The notes below the pieces were generated by a model. The model saw only the letters and a program-made list of their open reading frames with translations. It had not been told where the DNA came from and searched no databases. From Schizochytrium sp. TIO01 (Eukaryota > Protista > Bigyra: Labyrinthulomycetes): a stretch of 64,000 nt of DNA. The position numbers and the translations under genes were made by a program. The stretch covers positions 2,728,001 through 2,792,000 of the forward strand of contig SMSO01000032.1 in the NCBI GenBank assembly GCA_004764695.1. Reading direction: 5' to 3'. Shown here in pieces: positions 10,141 to 22,292 of this stretch. The first letter of the stretch is position 1. Each line of letters starts with the position of its first letter.

Positions 10141-11716
10141 TTAAGCTTTCTTCTTGAACATGGACGATAAGGTAAGTTGTTTCGCTTTGCCGCCGGACTT
10201 CTTGGATTTATTTGCTGTAGAGGTAGGTGCGACAGAAGACTTTGCATTAGTGGTTTTGTTGTTGTTGCTTTCCAGTTTAGGCTTAACAAGTTCTGGAATT
10301 GGCTCGTCAACCTCTTCCTCGATAACACGCTCTCGGACCACCAAAAAGCCCTCATCATCGACTACATTTTCCTTCACAATGCGGCGACGCTTCACCTTGC
10401 GGGTGGCGCCAGAGCTGCCTTGACTGGAGCTTCCCACTTGCACACCCAACCGCTCCCGACTCTTAGCTTTGGCATCTTCCTCTGCCTGACGCTTGCGCTC
10501 TTGGCGGGCGAGACGACTTGCCTCACGGCGCTTCTCCTTCTCCTTCTCCTTCTCTTCAGCCTCCTGCTTCGCAATCTCCTCCCGCTCACGGGCAATGCGA
10601 GTAGCTTCATCCTCTTCGTCTTCTTCTTGATCTAAATTAGCAGCAACATTCTTCTCCTCTGCTGCTGGTTTTTCTGTGTTTCCATGGTCCTTAACATCAT
10701 CGTCCACGTCCATTGTATCTCCAACTGCTAGCGCAGCCTTTGCTACAACCTTATCAGCTTTGGGACCTCCATCAGAGTCAGCCGCTTCAAAGTCAAGATC
10801 ATCATCACTATCCTCCAGAACCTTGCGAGGCTTCTTTGTAGATTTCTCCTCGGGTTCTCGTTCAGACTCCTTGTCATCAACAACCTTCTTTGCTGGAGTT
10901 TTCTGCTTGCTTAGCATCCTTCTTGGGGCTTTCGTCACCCTTTTCCTTCCCAACGTTTACTGATGATGACGATGAAGTCACAGACTCCTTGCCTTGCACA
11001 GTTGTCTCTTTGTTCTTCGTATCATCCTTCTTGTCACCATCCTCATCGGGTTTCTTTACCTTTGCAAACAGCTTAGCCTGAGCTGACTCTGGTGCAGGTG
11101 CAGGAGTTTTCTTTTGAAAATAGTTGCGCGTAGAAACAGGCTTCTTGGTGCCTTTACTACCCATGCGCTTGAACGCAGCCGCTGCAGTGTTGGTGCTTTC
11201 CCCAGCAGGTTTTGTAAATACCTTTCCTTGTTGTGGCGCAGCTACGATGCGCCGCTGACCGATACCTCCCCGGCCTGAGAATGACACAGCACCAAAACGG
11301 TTTTCAATCAAGTTTTGACTGGCGGCGCCATCAGAGTTGAGCAATTGAGAAATCTTGGAGGTTGTGATGTTTGTCAGGATTGCGCTCTGGTCAGAGTCTA
11401 CAGCTGGTTGGACGGCATAAATATGCTGTGACAGAACTACATTCATCTTTGATTTAACGCTCTCAAGCTTGTCCTCAGATACAATCTTTACGTTATGCGC
11501 AGCTTTGGAGCCTGCCTCACGACCGGTCAAAATGTATGTTACCAAGGTGCGCCGCTTAGTGTTATCGCTGCGACTCTTGACAAATTTATCCAAGGCAAGC
11601 CGAGCATCTTTCATGGAAATTGCTTGATCGTAGGCAAGCCATTTATACGTGACCGCCTGGTCGTCCACAAGCAAGAGGCGTTCAATCTCCTCCTGGATAA
11701 TATTTTGAGAAGGCAT
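10141..11716 (-). CDS. POLD3: DNA polymerase delta subunit 3 (Cdc27/Pol32), split by a +1 frame break at ~10877-10953
   Basis: N-terminal winged-helix 'VTYKWLA...ARLAL...YILTG...HIYAVQ' in ORF 10877-11728. C-terminal 'VVDDEGFLVV' and PIP box 'QLTLSSMFKK' lie in the overlapping ORF 10141-10953. Confidence 0.85.
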
Positions 11717-13428
11717 CTTTCCGTACACAAATGAGGTAGCCCAAGATTAACTTGATGATCAAAATTGATACTTCTTGTCAAGTTGAATTAGAACTGTTGA
11801 TCAATGTCCCGGTCAATGAAGTTTCGTAAAAATCGCAGCTGGGAAAGGCTCGCGAGTTTAAACTCCAAGCAATACTTAAGCAGAACTGACAATCAGCAAT
11901 GCACGCGATGCCCGAGGCGAACGAATGTCAGTTCTTCTCTGTAGAAGAGGACGAAGGAGCTAACTAGACTTTCTGAAAGTGATCAGTACGAGGATCGCCA
12001 CCTCAACAAACAGCGCTGCAGACCACTACACACGAAACTGCACACCAAGGTCTGTCCAACGTGAAGAAAGACGGTTAAAGGCACGTCCTAGTGCCTTCAA
12101 CGCGCTCTGAGCCGAGCGCGATATCCACAAGGAGTACAAAGGCCAGCAGAACGGGGTTTGACGCAACCTAACTGGCACAGGGTCTGAGCAACCCAATTTC
12201 ATTATTATTGAGTTGCTCAGAAATCTATTAGTATTTTAGCATAGGTAGGTAGTAAGTAGGCAGTACCGCATTTATCTAATTTAGAGACCTAAGAATTTTG
12301 ATTGTCTTTTGAGCAATGTGAATTGTTGAGCTATGAAATTGGTGAAAGCAATGCAAATAGACAGGGACTCTCTAGTCATTACCTCTTAGATCGTAACCTA
12401 TGTATATAGCTATCAGAACCACCACGCCTGCGTACGTTACCGCTGCATATCATATCATCTTTACAACGCTCAATTTTATTGCGGGAACCCATGGAATTTC
12501 GTAAAACCCGTGCGTGCAACCTTGCACAGGCGTTTACTGAGTCTTGGAATTTGAAGTTTATCAGCCTATGCCTTTGATCTTCGTTATAATTCAGATACAA
12601 AAACAACATAATTTTCCGCCGAATTAAAAAAAACATTCGCATGAAATTTATCTTTGGTAAAATGCTTGCATCCCCAGTTCACTTGCGATGATGGTGTGCG
12701 GCCAAATGAATTCTCTATTCAGAAATTCCTAGCTTTCCAAATTAGCCGTACTTAATTATATCCTCTCAAGCATACCATTCCCTATCTCTAACTCAGCAAG
12801 TTCATGCCAAAATCAATGACATTTGTAACCCATACTTTTTTTAAGTCTAAACTATGGCCTCGCTATTTCGAAGTTTACTAACCTCACGAATCGCTTGCTT
12901 AGGTATATGAAATCATCTCGCTTGTAGCTTCTTTTATGAAGCTCTTCGTAACTCAATCCTGGCCGAATACCAGTTTTGCATATGTGGTCTTAACAAATTC
13001 TTACTGAGGCGCTGTGACGAAGATCTCCGCTTTCCATGAGAAGAAAGAATCAACGAAACAAGCTTTGAGTCAAATGAATATGGCTGCGCGGAATAAACTC
13101 GCGAGAAAGAATCACAATGTCCACTGCAAAATCCCTTCACGAGTGTAAAGTAAACTTTAGTCAATGAGTTTGGGTCTTGTGAAACAAAAAAGTCAGCCTA
13201 AGCGAACGGAAGTAGGGCCGATACAGAAGGTCACGGGAATACCTACTACTATGTACTGTCTATTCAATGGTTAAGAGATGTTAGCAGAAACACACACACA
13301 AATAGGGTACTATGAACAACTCATTAAAAAAATATTGCATTACAAGCGATCGATTGCAAAGAAGATCCTACAAAAGTGATTCTTTGGACTCTAGAGCTCA
13401 AAGCGACGTCCTCGAAAGCTCCAGGACC

Positions 13429-15480
13429 ATGGTGCATCCAGACCAGGCTCAGGAGCTCTGCCAGCGTCTGCAGATTCACTCTAGACAGGATTCTTGTGCG
13501 TGGATGGCTCTGCTGACGCAGACTGAGGGTGGCGAACTGGCACACGGCAGTGGAGTCCGCTCGATCTCGTGGAAACTCGCCTGTGGAGCTTTACCTGTGA
13601 CTAAATTGGCACAAGACTTGACCTTGACGTGGCCGCAAGTTTCTACAGACCTGCGAAATGCGTACGTTAATCTTCGTGAATCGCTCGTCGTGGACCCTGA
13701 CGAAGCTGCTGGTGATGGTGACTTTGACCCTTTGGGCGGCGGAGATCCACTCGGAGGCGCTACTGTAAAACATGGTGAGACAAACCCTTGGGAGGAATTT
13801 CACAAAGATAAAGAGCTTTTAGAGGAAATCCATAAAGATCTCGAAAGGCTATTTCCGAGTGGCTGTGAGGAATTCTTCATCCAGCCTGCAATTATGAAAA
13901 TCCTTCAGACTGTGCTCTTCACATGGAGCAAGCTCCACGCTGATACATCATATAGACAAGGTATGCATGAGCTTGCAGCACCATTACTTTTTTGTCTGTA
14001 CCACGATGCTAAGAAGGCCTCAAGGGCACAGGTTCCGAAGGGCGATCTGGAAAAGGAAATTGCCGCAGCGTTGAGCCAGGTCTGTGACTTTCAGTATCTT
14101 GAGCATGATTTGTTTTGGCTCTTCGAGCGAGTTATGAGAGAAATGAAGCCCATGTTTGCAGTAAATTCAAAGAACAATCGCTCGCAGCAAGAAATTCGCA
14201 AGGCAAAAGAAGCCATGATTCAAGCTCAGAAGAAGGCTCGCGCACTCCACGGCACCCGGGCGGGGTTTGGCGCGACATCCGAATCACCTAAAATTGAAGA
14301 AGATCCTGAAAAGGCACCAGTGCTTATTGTTGCGGAACAAATTCAAAATGTCCTCCTCGCGAAGGTTGATCGTCAACTACAGGAGCACCTTGATGAGTTG
14401 CTAATAGAACCGCAAGTTTATGCGCTAAGATGGGTCAGGCTGCTCTTTGGACGCGAGTTCACAATTCAGCAAGTTATGCAACTTTGGGATGCGATATTTG
14501 TGGAAAGCTTTGGCCTACGTGAACGCATCATGTACGGTAAAGACAAGGTAGAAGCCCGTGCCGTGGTTGAGCTTGCTACTGCTGCTGTTCTGCCCCCAAC
14601 TAAGTCATTCCAACTTTCACACGAAAGCTCGACCTCTGCTGGATTAGCAGAAACCACATGTTACTTTGCTGTTGCATTACTGACTCATGTGCGTGAAGAC
14701 CTCATTGCTGGAGGCTACAGCGAAGTTCTAATGACTCTGATGAAGTACCCACCCATCCAGGATGTACATGTTATTGTTCAAAAAGCCCAAGAGATTCAAA
14801 AATCAGTGTCTGGAAAGCTTCTTTCGGTGAAAGGCCAAGCATCTCACCACTATCATCATCACCTGCATCACCAGCCTTCTCACCAGCAGCTGTATCAGCA
14901 GCATCAACAACAACAACAGCAGTCCGCAACAACTCGTCTGATGGAAACAAATAATAATAGTTTAGCACCTCAAACTACAGCATCCCCTCCCGGACCTCAG
15001 AGAAGCAATAGCGAAAGTTCAAAGAATCATATGGTGGGATCTGAACGACTGAGCTCATTGCAAACACCAAGACTGAGCCCGGCCTTACCCAATAGGAAGA
15101 CTGATAGTAAAGCGAGTGAGGAGCACACAACAGGGGTAAATGCAGTCTCTGCACCTGCAAGTGGCGCACAGTCTAAGACAGGGTCGAGAAAAACAGGATT
15201 CAGAAAGGAATCTTCCATTGGAACTTTCTTTAAAGGTCTTGGCGAAAAACTCGAGCATTTACTTGATGCTGACCGCCCTTCCTTCGATGATGCTAACAAA
15301 CATGTTGATCACCTCAAACAAGTTGAGCACGAGCTTGGCCAACGGTTAGCTACTATCACCTCCGAAATGGACTGTCTAATGTCTCGAGACTCTCTTACAG
15401 ATGACCTGCGCATGGAAATGGCACGTCTCATTGGTGAAGTAAAACATGTTCGCGATGCATTACTTCGTGATGAAAAGTAA
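13429..15480 (+). CDS. TBC-domain Rab GTPase-activating protein (TBC1D5-like)
   Basis: Motifs IHKDLERLFP (Arg finger), YRQGMHELAAP (Gln finger) and YALRWVRLLFGREF...LWDAIF. An in-frame upstream ATG also exists at 13312. Confidence 0.88.
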   Translation: MVHPDQAQELCQRLQIHSRQDSCAWMALLTQTEGGELAHGSGVRSISWKLACGALPVTKLAQDLTLTWPQVSTDLRNAYVNLRESLVVDPDEAAGDGDFDPLGGGDPLGGATVKHGETNPWEEFHKDKELLEEIHKDLERLFPSGCEEFFIQPAIMKILQTVLFTWSKLHADTSYRQGMHELAAPLLFCLYHDAKKASRAQVPKGDLEKEIAAALSQVCDFQYLEHDLFWLFERVMREMKPMFAVNSKNNRSQQEIRKAKEAMIQAQKKARALHGTRAGFGATSESPKIEEDPEKAPVLIVAEQIQNVLLAKVDRQLQEHLDELLIEPQVYALRWVRLLFGREFTIQQVMQLWDAIFVESFGLRERIMYGKDKVEARAVVELATAAVLPPTKSFQLSHESSTSAGLAETTCYFAVALLTHVREDLIAGGYSEVLMTLMKYPPIQDVHVIVQKAQEIQKSVSGKLLSVKGQASHHYHHHLHHQPSHQQLYQQHQQQQQQSATTRLMETNNNSLAPQTTASPPGPQRSNSESSKNHMVGSERLSSLQTPRLSPALPNRKTDSKASEEHTTGVNAVSAPASGAQSKTGSRKTGFRKESSIGTFFKGLGEKLEHLLDADRPSFDDANKHVDHLKQVEHELGQRLATITSEMDCLMSRDSLTDDLRMEMARLIGEVKHVRDALLRDEK

Positions 15481-16637
15481 ATTAGTCAAATTTCCTTTCC
15501 TATAAAATATATTTTGAAGCAGGATCTTGGTGTATGTGGTTTTCACATCTTTGCCAGAATATATCTTATAATATCAGGCCAGAACTAGTAGTTCCTGAGG
15601 AATAACTTTTGGATGGCCTAATTTCTACAACTGAACATGCTTGAGGCATGAAATACTCATTATTTGAATTCTCTGAATAGATTTTTCATCCTTGCCCAGG
15701 CGACTTACTTGGTTCATATGTTCACTTCGTAAATACTGGAACGTATGTCGCCTTGACTTCAAAGAATTAAAAAGATCTTGGATATGTTTGCGGCTTAACC
15801 CAGCACATACTCAAGTTTACAGCAACGTACCATTCCTCATGTGAGGACGAAAACTCAACTATGATTTGCATGGTGAAGCTGTTGCGACCATGCTCGCTCC
15901 GAGCATTGTGTAAAATGTCCAGCGAGAGCTGCATTTTTCTGGATTTATATGTCAAATTTATGCACTCAGGATAAGTCACGAATCATAAGAAACTTGTAAA
16001 AGTTAAAATTCTTTTGCTGTCAAATTCTTGGATAATCATCTGAGCTGGTGTTTTCACTGTGCAGGTTGAGAAAGAGAATAGTGGGCAAAACCTGTTTTGC
16101 TTTTATCGCGTGCCTCTAAATTTGAAGAAACATCTCCATGGTATGAAAAACTGAGGTCACTAAAAATTCAATATCAACCAGAGATTGCCAGAAGAAGCCT
16201 TACGCTCACGTATTATACGGATACCCTCCTGCAGTGAGGAGGCTACCAAGGCAAGCGCTTTTTTAGACAAAATCAAACAAAGATTTTTTTTAACATTCTT
16301 ATATGAACTGGAAAACACCTCTGCAGCAAACGCTCGGAGGATATACCTAGCAGGTTCTAGAGATAAAATTAAAGACAATATTCATGAAGGAGAGATGCCG
16401 AGTGAAGAGAATTCGTAGAGTGAAGATGCAAATAGAAGTGAAAAAATGTAAGAGTATACAGCGCGATCTGGGTATACAGAACCATGAAGCATTATCTCTT
16501 AAATTGTATTACCTCCTAGTTTGCTTCTTCTCGCACGAGTCAAGGTCTTAGGATCGTGTAAGCAAAGTGAATGCGATAAAGATTGCTTGCAGTACGAAGG
16601 CACGACTTAGATAAGACTTGTTCAACGCCTCAAGAAA

Positions 16638-19600
16638 TTACGTCATGGCGCGACGACGGTAGAAGAGAACGTAAGCATATTCTGATACGACATCTTCAGG
16701 CTTAGCCACCGAGGTGCGCGAGTCATCCATCAAGTGCCATGAATTGGTATCGGGTTGCTTGATATATGCTGTGTAGTGCCCGCCACCCATACCACCCATA
16801 TGGTTAGACACAGCATAGAGATCGTAGATGGGCTGAGGATCTCCATCCTTGTGGCCACACACATATTCACGAAGATCGAGATTATCCATGGGAAAAGTCA
16901 CTAGATCAGTAATTTTCTCACGGTCGATCCATGAAGTGACATAACGGCTGCGCTCATAGTAGAAGCGCTTTAGATGAATTACTAGAATCTCTGGACAGCT
17001 CCAAATCTCCATTTGCTTATAGGCTTTCACCAGATCTTTGCACTTGGGGCAATACCATTCGTCATTTTCACCAAGTTGTTCACGTTCACGGAAACGATTG
17101 AAGCATTCATAAATGTCAACACCTGAAGTTGTTGCATCAGCACTACCGCTCGCTTTTCGGAGGTTCTCTGCAGTGGCGTCCAATTCAATTGGACCACTAG
17201 CGTAATCGCGTTCACGGTCCTCCCAAGATTCATTATGTCGGTAGGAGTAAGATACCCGTTGCGCAGGAGGGAATTGGAGTGATCCCATGCCCGCACGAGT
17301 AAATTTGACAATAATGGTTTCAGTTGGATTCCACCGGGTGTCAGTATTTTCCACAGGCACGTTCGCAGCTATGGAGTTGTACACTTCATAAGGCTTATCG
17401 TGTTGAGACAATAGCTCATCTTCATTTGGGCGTTCAGCTGGATCAGGAGAAAATGCAGCTGAAAATGCAGTTGGGGGCATTGCATCATCCCGGAACATAA
17501 ATTGGCACCGCTCCCAAATAAACTTTAGCATTTGTCGTGCTGTAATAATGCCCTCAACTTGGAAGAAGTCCGACATTCGAAATGATTGATACGTACTATC
17601 AGGAGGCAGAAAGCGGAGTTCCACAATTCGACCTTTCGGTGGAAGTGCACGGCGAGCAAGTGCGGCAGCTGCGGCAGCTTCACGCTTCGCACTGGAAACA
17701 TCCTTTGTACGTCCTCCACCGGTTTTGGCCTGAGCAGCTGAGCGGGATGCGTCGGGTGGAGAGGCTGGGTCCTGGACATGTACACCATCATCACGTAAAA
17801 TCGAGAGTTCATATGCAATCACATCTTTGCTATCATCCCAGTGCCGAAGATCTGCATTGTACGGAGTAGGATATTTGCTCTCACTGTCATAAGGGTTGTT
17901 CGGGTCATGCAAAAACCCTCCCGAGGCCTTCTTATTGTTGTAAAGTTCAACCAACAAGAGTTCGGAAGGGGTAATACCAGTTTTTTCAGCAAGCCACTGC
18001 GCTACATCAGCGTGAGTGCCATTGACAGGTACAGATGCAACAAAACGCATAAGCTTCGGTGCCTGAGGTACATTCCCTGAGGTCGTGCCCCCCATGCTAT
18101 AAAGCACAATTTGAATTTGACGCTGGGTAGCCTTGGGAATGGGCACGCTCCAGTTTGAGTAAGGATCGAACTTGATCGTCTCATTGTCACACTGTGGACA
18201 AGTTAAGTGCGAGCGCAAGAGTCCCATAAACTCGTCTACGATAATGCTATCATTCCGCAACTTGAACGCGTCCCATGATTCTTGGGCGACCTCTTCATCT
18301 GGACGACCATTTGACTCCACTGTTTCGGTGTAAGGTTTTTTGCGAACGCGATTAAGGTCTTCGTGAAGACCATCAGCGAGCAAAGAAAGCATTTCGTGAG
18401 AGTCTTGCTGCTGGTAACCTTGGAACTGAGTAAAAGCTCTGCCCAATTCTTGCTTAAATTCGGTTGGCACAACCACCTTGTAGCGGTCACTCCATATATC
18501 ATTAATGAGAGCAGCATAAGCTTCAGCTAGTTTGCCACCTGTACCAAGAGGGTTCTTACGGTTAAGATCATTCTCGTACTCTCCTCGAAGAAAATAGTCT
18601 GTAAGAGGAACTGAGAAACTCAGACATTGAAGCATAGAATTCATGAAACAAGTATTGCCGAGGTTCCTTAAACCTACAACACCAGATTCTTCAGGCCTCT
18701 CCTGTACACTCTGTGGTCCAAAAGTAGCCTTCGGCTTGACAGTGTGAGTATAACGCTGAGCGATGTCCTCCGAATCCAGATCAAGCCACACCTCCTTGCG
18801 CTGCGTAAATAGAGTTCCTGTTCGCACCTCTACCAAAACCATACCGCGGCCATTGGATGTACCTGGGGGCGGGGTGGCGCTTGATCGCGTAAGGGAAAGT
18901 CGCCCTGGGCTTGACAGAGCGTTTGAGGCACCATTGCGAATCTTATCGACAAAGTTTCGTCGCTTGCGCTTAGGCTTTGCGTTGTCTTCTCCATTTTCGG
19001 TATCGTCGGTGTCCATCTCGTCCGTACCTGAGCCACCCTCAGAGCTTCCATTGGGGGAATGATTGCTCCGATTAAATTGCTTAACCTTACCAGACAGCCA
19101 TTGGCCCTTCGCAGCGACAAGGCTAGAGGCAACAACGCTACGGTTCACTTCGATTTCCTCATCTTTGCGTAACTGGGTTCGCCAGTCTGGCACACGTGTG
19201 TATGGACTGGCAAGCCGCTCAGTATTACTGACATCGAAGTCTTCATCTTCCGCACTATCGAATGAAATAAAATGAACCCTCACAACGTGTTTCAATGGCC
19301 CAGAGGTTGGTGGAGCCATTCGCACTTCAACTACTACTGCTTCGAGCCAACGGTCATCCTTTTGACGTTTGGCATCTACCCGCTGCCCAGGCATCGGCTC
19401 ATTGCGCACAAAGGAAACGGCGCGTCCTCTCAAGTTGACAGGCGGATTGGAAGTGCCATGGATAGACGAAGAATTATTGGTTGTTGAGTAATGTTTGTTC
19501 TCATCTACATCTGTGGCCCCATCTCCGCAGAGCCACGCATGAGAATTTTTATCGCGAATTTCGTACAGCAACTTCCATTTCCCAAGACCTGGGAGGACAT

Positions 19601-20210
19601 CCTTGAGTTCTTCATTCATGACTTCATCCTTCACGAGCTTGAACTTGTCCGCAGAAGCTGGACAGATCCAAAATCTCGTGTGACTGCTATCCGGAATCTC
19701 ATAGTCTGCATGATTTACGAGGAAGGTTTTTACTTTCTCTTCAAGATCTTCAAAAATAGTAGACCTAGGGACTATCAAAAGTTGCTCCTCAGCCATGTAC
19801 TTTGGCTCTCCGCTTTCTGGGCCAACTGTGAGCACATGAAATCTCATCGGGAAGATCTCTACATAGAGTTCCCCCTTTGAGTTTTTGCACACTTTTCCAG
19901 ATACCTCATGCGTAGCGCCATACCACTTGCATAGCAAATTCCACACGTGCTCATGCCGGAGCTCATATTCGCTGCCCTCATTCACGCCATCGTCTTTGAG
20001 AGACTGCCCTGAGTCGTCCACGATGTCACTGTTATCAATTATCTCTGGATTCGGCCCCAGTCCCTTCACATAGCGACCCCACGCATTCCACCACTCATGT
20101 GAAATTGCAAACCATCGATCATGCTCATGAAGATTATTTTCGTACTTCTCGCAAAGCTTGTCCACCTCATCCTTTTGCACACCTGGATCCGGTGCAAATC
20201 TTGGAGTCAT
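16638..20210 (-). CDS. Ubiquitin C-terminal hydrolase, USP4/11/15-like (DUSP + USP)
   Basis: DUSP 'WFAISHEWWNAW...IDNSDI...WNLLCKWYG', GLRNLGNTCFMNS, QQQDSHE, CPQC/CPKC and NHMGGMGGGHYTAY. The first ATG is at 20210. Confidence 0.92.
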   Translation of the reverse strand: MTPRFAPDPGVQKDEVDKLCEKYENNLHEHDRWFAISHEWWNAWGRYVKGLGPNPEIIDNSDIVDDSGQSLKDDGVNEGSEYELRHEHVWNLLCKWYGATHEVSGKVCKNSKGELYVEIFPMRFHVLTVGPESGEPKYMAEEQLLIVPRSTIFEDLEEKVKTFLVNHADYEIPDSSHTRFWICPASADKFKLVKDEVMNEELKDVLPGLGKWKLLYEIRDKNSHAWLCGDGATDVDENKHYSTTNNSSSIHGTSNPPVNLRGRAVSFVRNEPMPGQRVDAKRQKDDRWLEAVVVEVRMAPPTSGPLKHVVRVHFISFDSAEDEDFDVSNTERLASPYTRVPDWRTQLRKDEEIEVNRSVVASSLVAAKGQWLSGKVKQFNRSNHSPNGSSEGGSGTDEMDTDDTENGEDNAKPKRKRRNFVDKIRNGASNALSSPGRLSLTRSSATPPPGTSNGRGMVLVEVRTGTLFTQRKEVWLDLDSEDIAQRYTHTVKPKATFGPQSVQERPEESGVVGLRNLGNTCFMNSMLQCLSFSVPLTDYFLRGEYENDLNRKNPLGTGGKLAEAYAALINDIWSDRYKVVVPTEFKQELGRAFTQFQGYQQQDSHEMLSLLADGLHEDLNRVRKKPYTETVESNGRPDEEVAQESWDAFKLRNDSIIVDEFMGLLRSHLTCPQCDNETIKFDPYSNWSVPIPKATQRQIQIVLYSMGGTTSGNVPQAPKLMRFVASVPVNGTHADVAQWLAEKTGITPSELLLVELYNNKKASGGFLHDPNNPYDSESKYPTPYNADLRHWDDSKDVIAYELSILRDDGVHVQDPASPPDASRSAAQAKTGGGRTKDVSSAKREAAAAAALARRALPPKGRIVELRFLPPDSTYQSFRMSDFFQVEGIITARQMLKFIWERCQFMFRDDAMPPTAFSAAFSPDPAERPNEDELLSQHDKPYEVYNSIAANVPVENTDTRWNPTETIIVKFTRAGMGSLQFPPAQRVSYSYRHNESWEDRERDYASGPIELDATAENLRKASGSADATTSGVDIYECFNRFREREQLGENDEWYCPKCKDLVKAYKQMEIWSCPEILVIHLKRFYYERSRYVTSWIDREKITDLVTFPMDNLDLREYVCGHKDGDPQPIYDLYAVSNHMGGMGGGHYTAYIKQPDTNSWHLMDDSRTSVAKPEDVVSEYAYVLFYRRRAMT

Positions 20211-22292
20211 TGCACCGTCAATCCTGTAAAATGCCGAGTATTCACTTCTTAATCTCGGTTCCCCCGGAAAGATGTCTCTAGGGAGACAAGTTCGATTGCG
20301 AGCACGTCGGGGGTGCGAAAGAAATGCTGCTGCAAGCGCAGCGCGAATAGCCCCTTGGCGCCGGCGTGAGGTGCCTTCTGGACCTTGGCCGGTGCTCACG
20401 CCGGCTGGGCTCGGGCCCAACCTCGACGAAATACTCGTTATCGACGCTTCCAGTATTTATCGCGAGCTCCTACTGTAGCAGAGGAGCTCGTAGGCTCGTG
20501 TGGAAAACTTTGACACGTGAGACGAGCCAGCGATTTGGATGTCGAGGACGACGCTTTAACAAAGAGCAAATGTGATAGGTGTACTTTCGCAAGGCAAAGG
20601 GTGCTGCGACTAGTAAACGCTGCTGGCAAGGTGTTGTGGTAGTGTATTAAGGGAGAGAGGAGGTTCGCAGGAATTCAACCGGGCAGATGATCCAAGGAAG
20701 GGGGATCAGACTCCGGCTCGGGCTCGCAAGTCCTCGAAGTGTTTTTACTTGTTCTCCTTTGGATTGATGTTTGTTCACATTTGTTATTCTTGTTTTTAAT
20801 TAAATTTAAAAAAACTACTAGTCGTAGATGTTATCGCTATGATTGTTCTATCCGTAGCATTCACCTCCCTGTTATAGGCAGGTAGTAGGTACTTCTTCTT
20901 TCCTTTTTGCACTACCAATGGTACTGCTACGTACAAGCTTCATCGGGATCTCCCGTCTGAATGAGTATTACAACCTCTATCATTGCAAAGGTGTATCGAT
21001 TCGCTCTTCACTTGCTGCCTTTGGAACCATGGTAAGTATACATACATCCATACTGTTTGAGAAAAAAGGCACGTACATCGTAACACGCTTGCGCCCGGTT
21101 TTGCCATGTCAGAGAATGAGTGTGCGGTCCTAGCGAAATGCGCGCACACTACTTATCATATATAACTTAGTCTTTGCGTTCTTGTTTTATGCATGTACCG
21201 AACTGGACATGTATCATCCATCCTGTCTCCTACAGGTAGCCGAGGCCTTTCTTAAAGGAAGGGTCACTGGGAATGTTTTGACATTTAAAATAAATTGTAT
21301 ATGATTTCTTTATATGACTGGTATGTGCATGGAACAGCCGGCGCTATAAAGTCATTACATACACCTCGGGATAACAAAGGTGAGACAAATAGTTTATCCG
21401 AACGGGGGCGTGCAAAGCGTGCGAGAATTGGGATGCGTGTGGCGTTTTCGAGGGCGTGGATCAGCACAAAGACTACGTAGAAGATTATGGAAACCATAAA
21501 ATCAGTGAGAACATGATAGGGGTCGAGTTTTGGCTTTGGTTTGAAGGGCATAGACGCGGTGGCTGCTGAGAAATTCGCGAAAGAGGGAGCCACGCGCGAG
21601 AGTAGGGCGCAAAGTTATGCGTAAAGAAGGAAAAAGTTGGAAGCAAAAAGAACCTTTCGAACTTTCCCTCCTTTTATTTTAATATTAAAAATAAATGTTA
21701 ATTCGTTTAAACCTAGGCATAGCCTAATAACTTATAGATCTCTATTAAATTAGAATTATCAAAACAATAATACTAGTTAGAGTTTAACTTTTTTAATTAA
21801 AAATAATCTTCTGTAAATATACAACAAACAAACAGACGAACGAACAATCAAGATAACTCGTTATAGAGATGATGCAACGCCTCGAGGTATGAGCACTGCA
21901 CAGACGGGCTCATTCACCAACTTAACCAAAGTAACTTTGTTAGCCTAGTCACTTAATGTTGTGCTTGAAGGATACCTCCAGAGGTTTATTTATATCTTGA
22001 AGAATTGGCTTTTTGATTGGACAAGTTTTGATTCAGATGTTCTCTTTTATTTAAGTACACTACTACCACCCCTACTAACTATAGGCCTGATTGAGAAAGA
22101 CGTTGAATGTGATGAATCGCGATCAGAACCACGAGCTCTACACGAAGCGTGGAATACTGCAAACTTCAGAATACAGAGCTGAGACTGAAAGCCTCAGCAC
22201 AAAGCCTTCCGCCGGAGAAAGCACACATTGAGATTGTGCAAAGCTAGCGGTTGAGGAAAGACGTTCTTCTTGTAAACAGGACATCAAGTGAT

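Noticed and set aside
21285-21593. 102-aa minus-strand ORF
   Set aside because: GTG start, short and no recognisable motif. A small spliced gene cannot be excluded but is unsupported.
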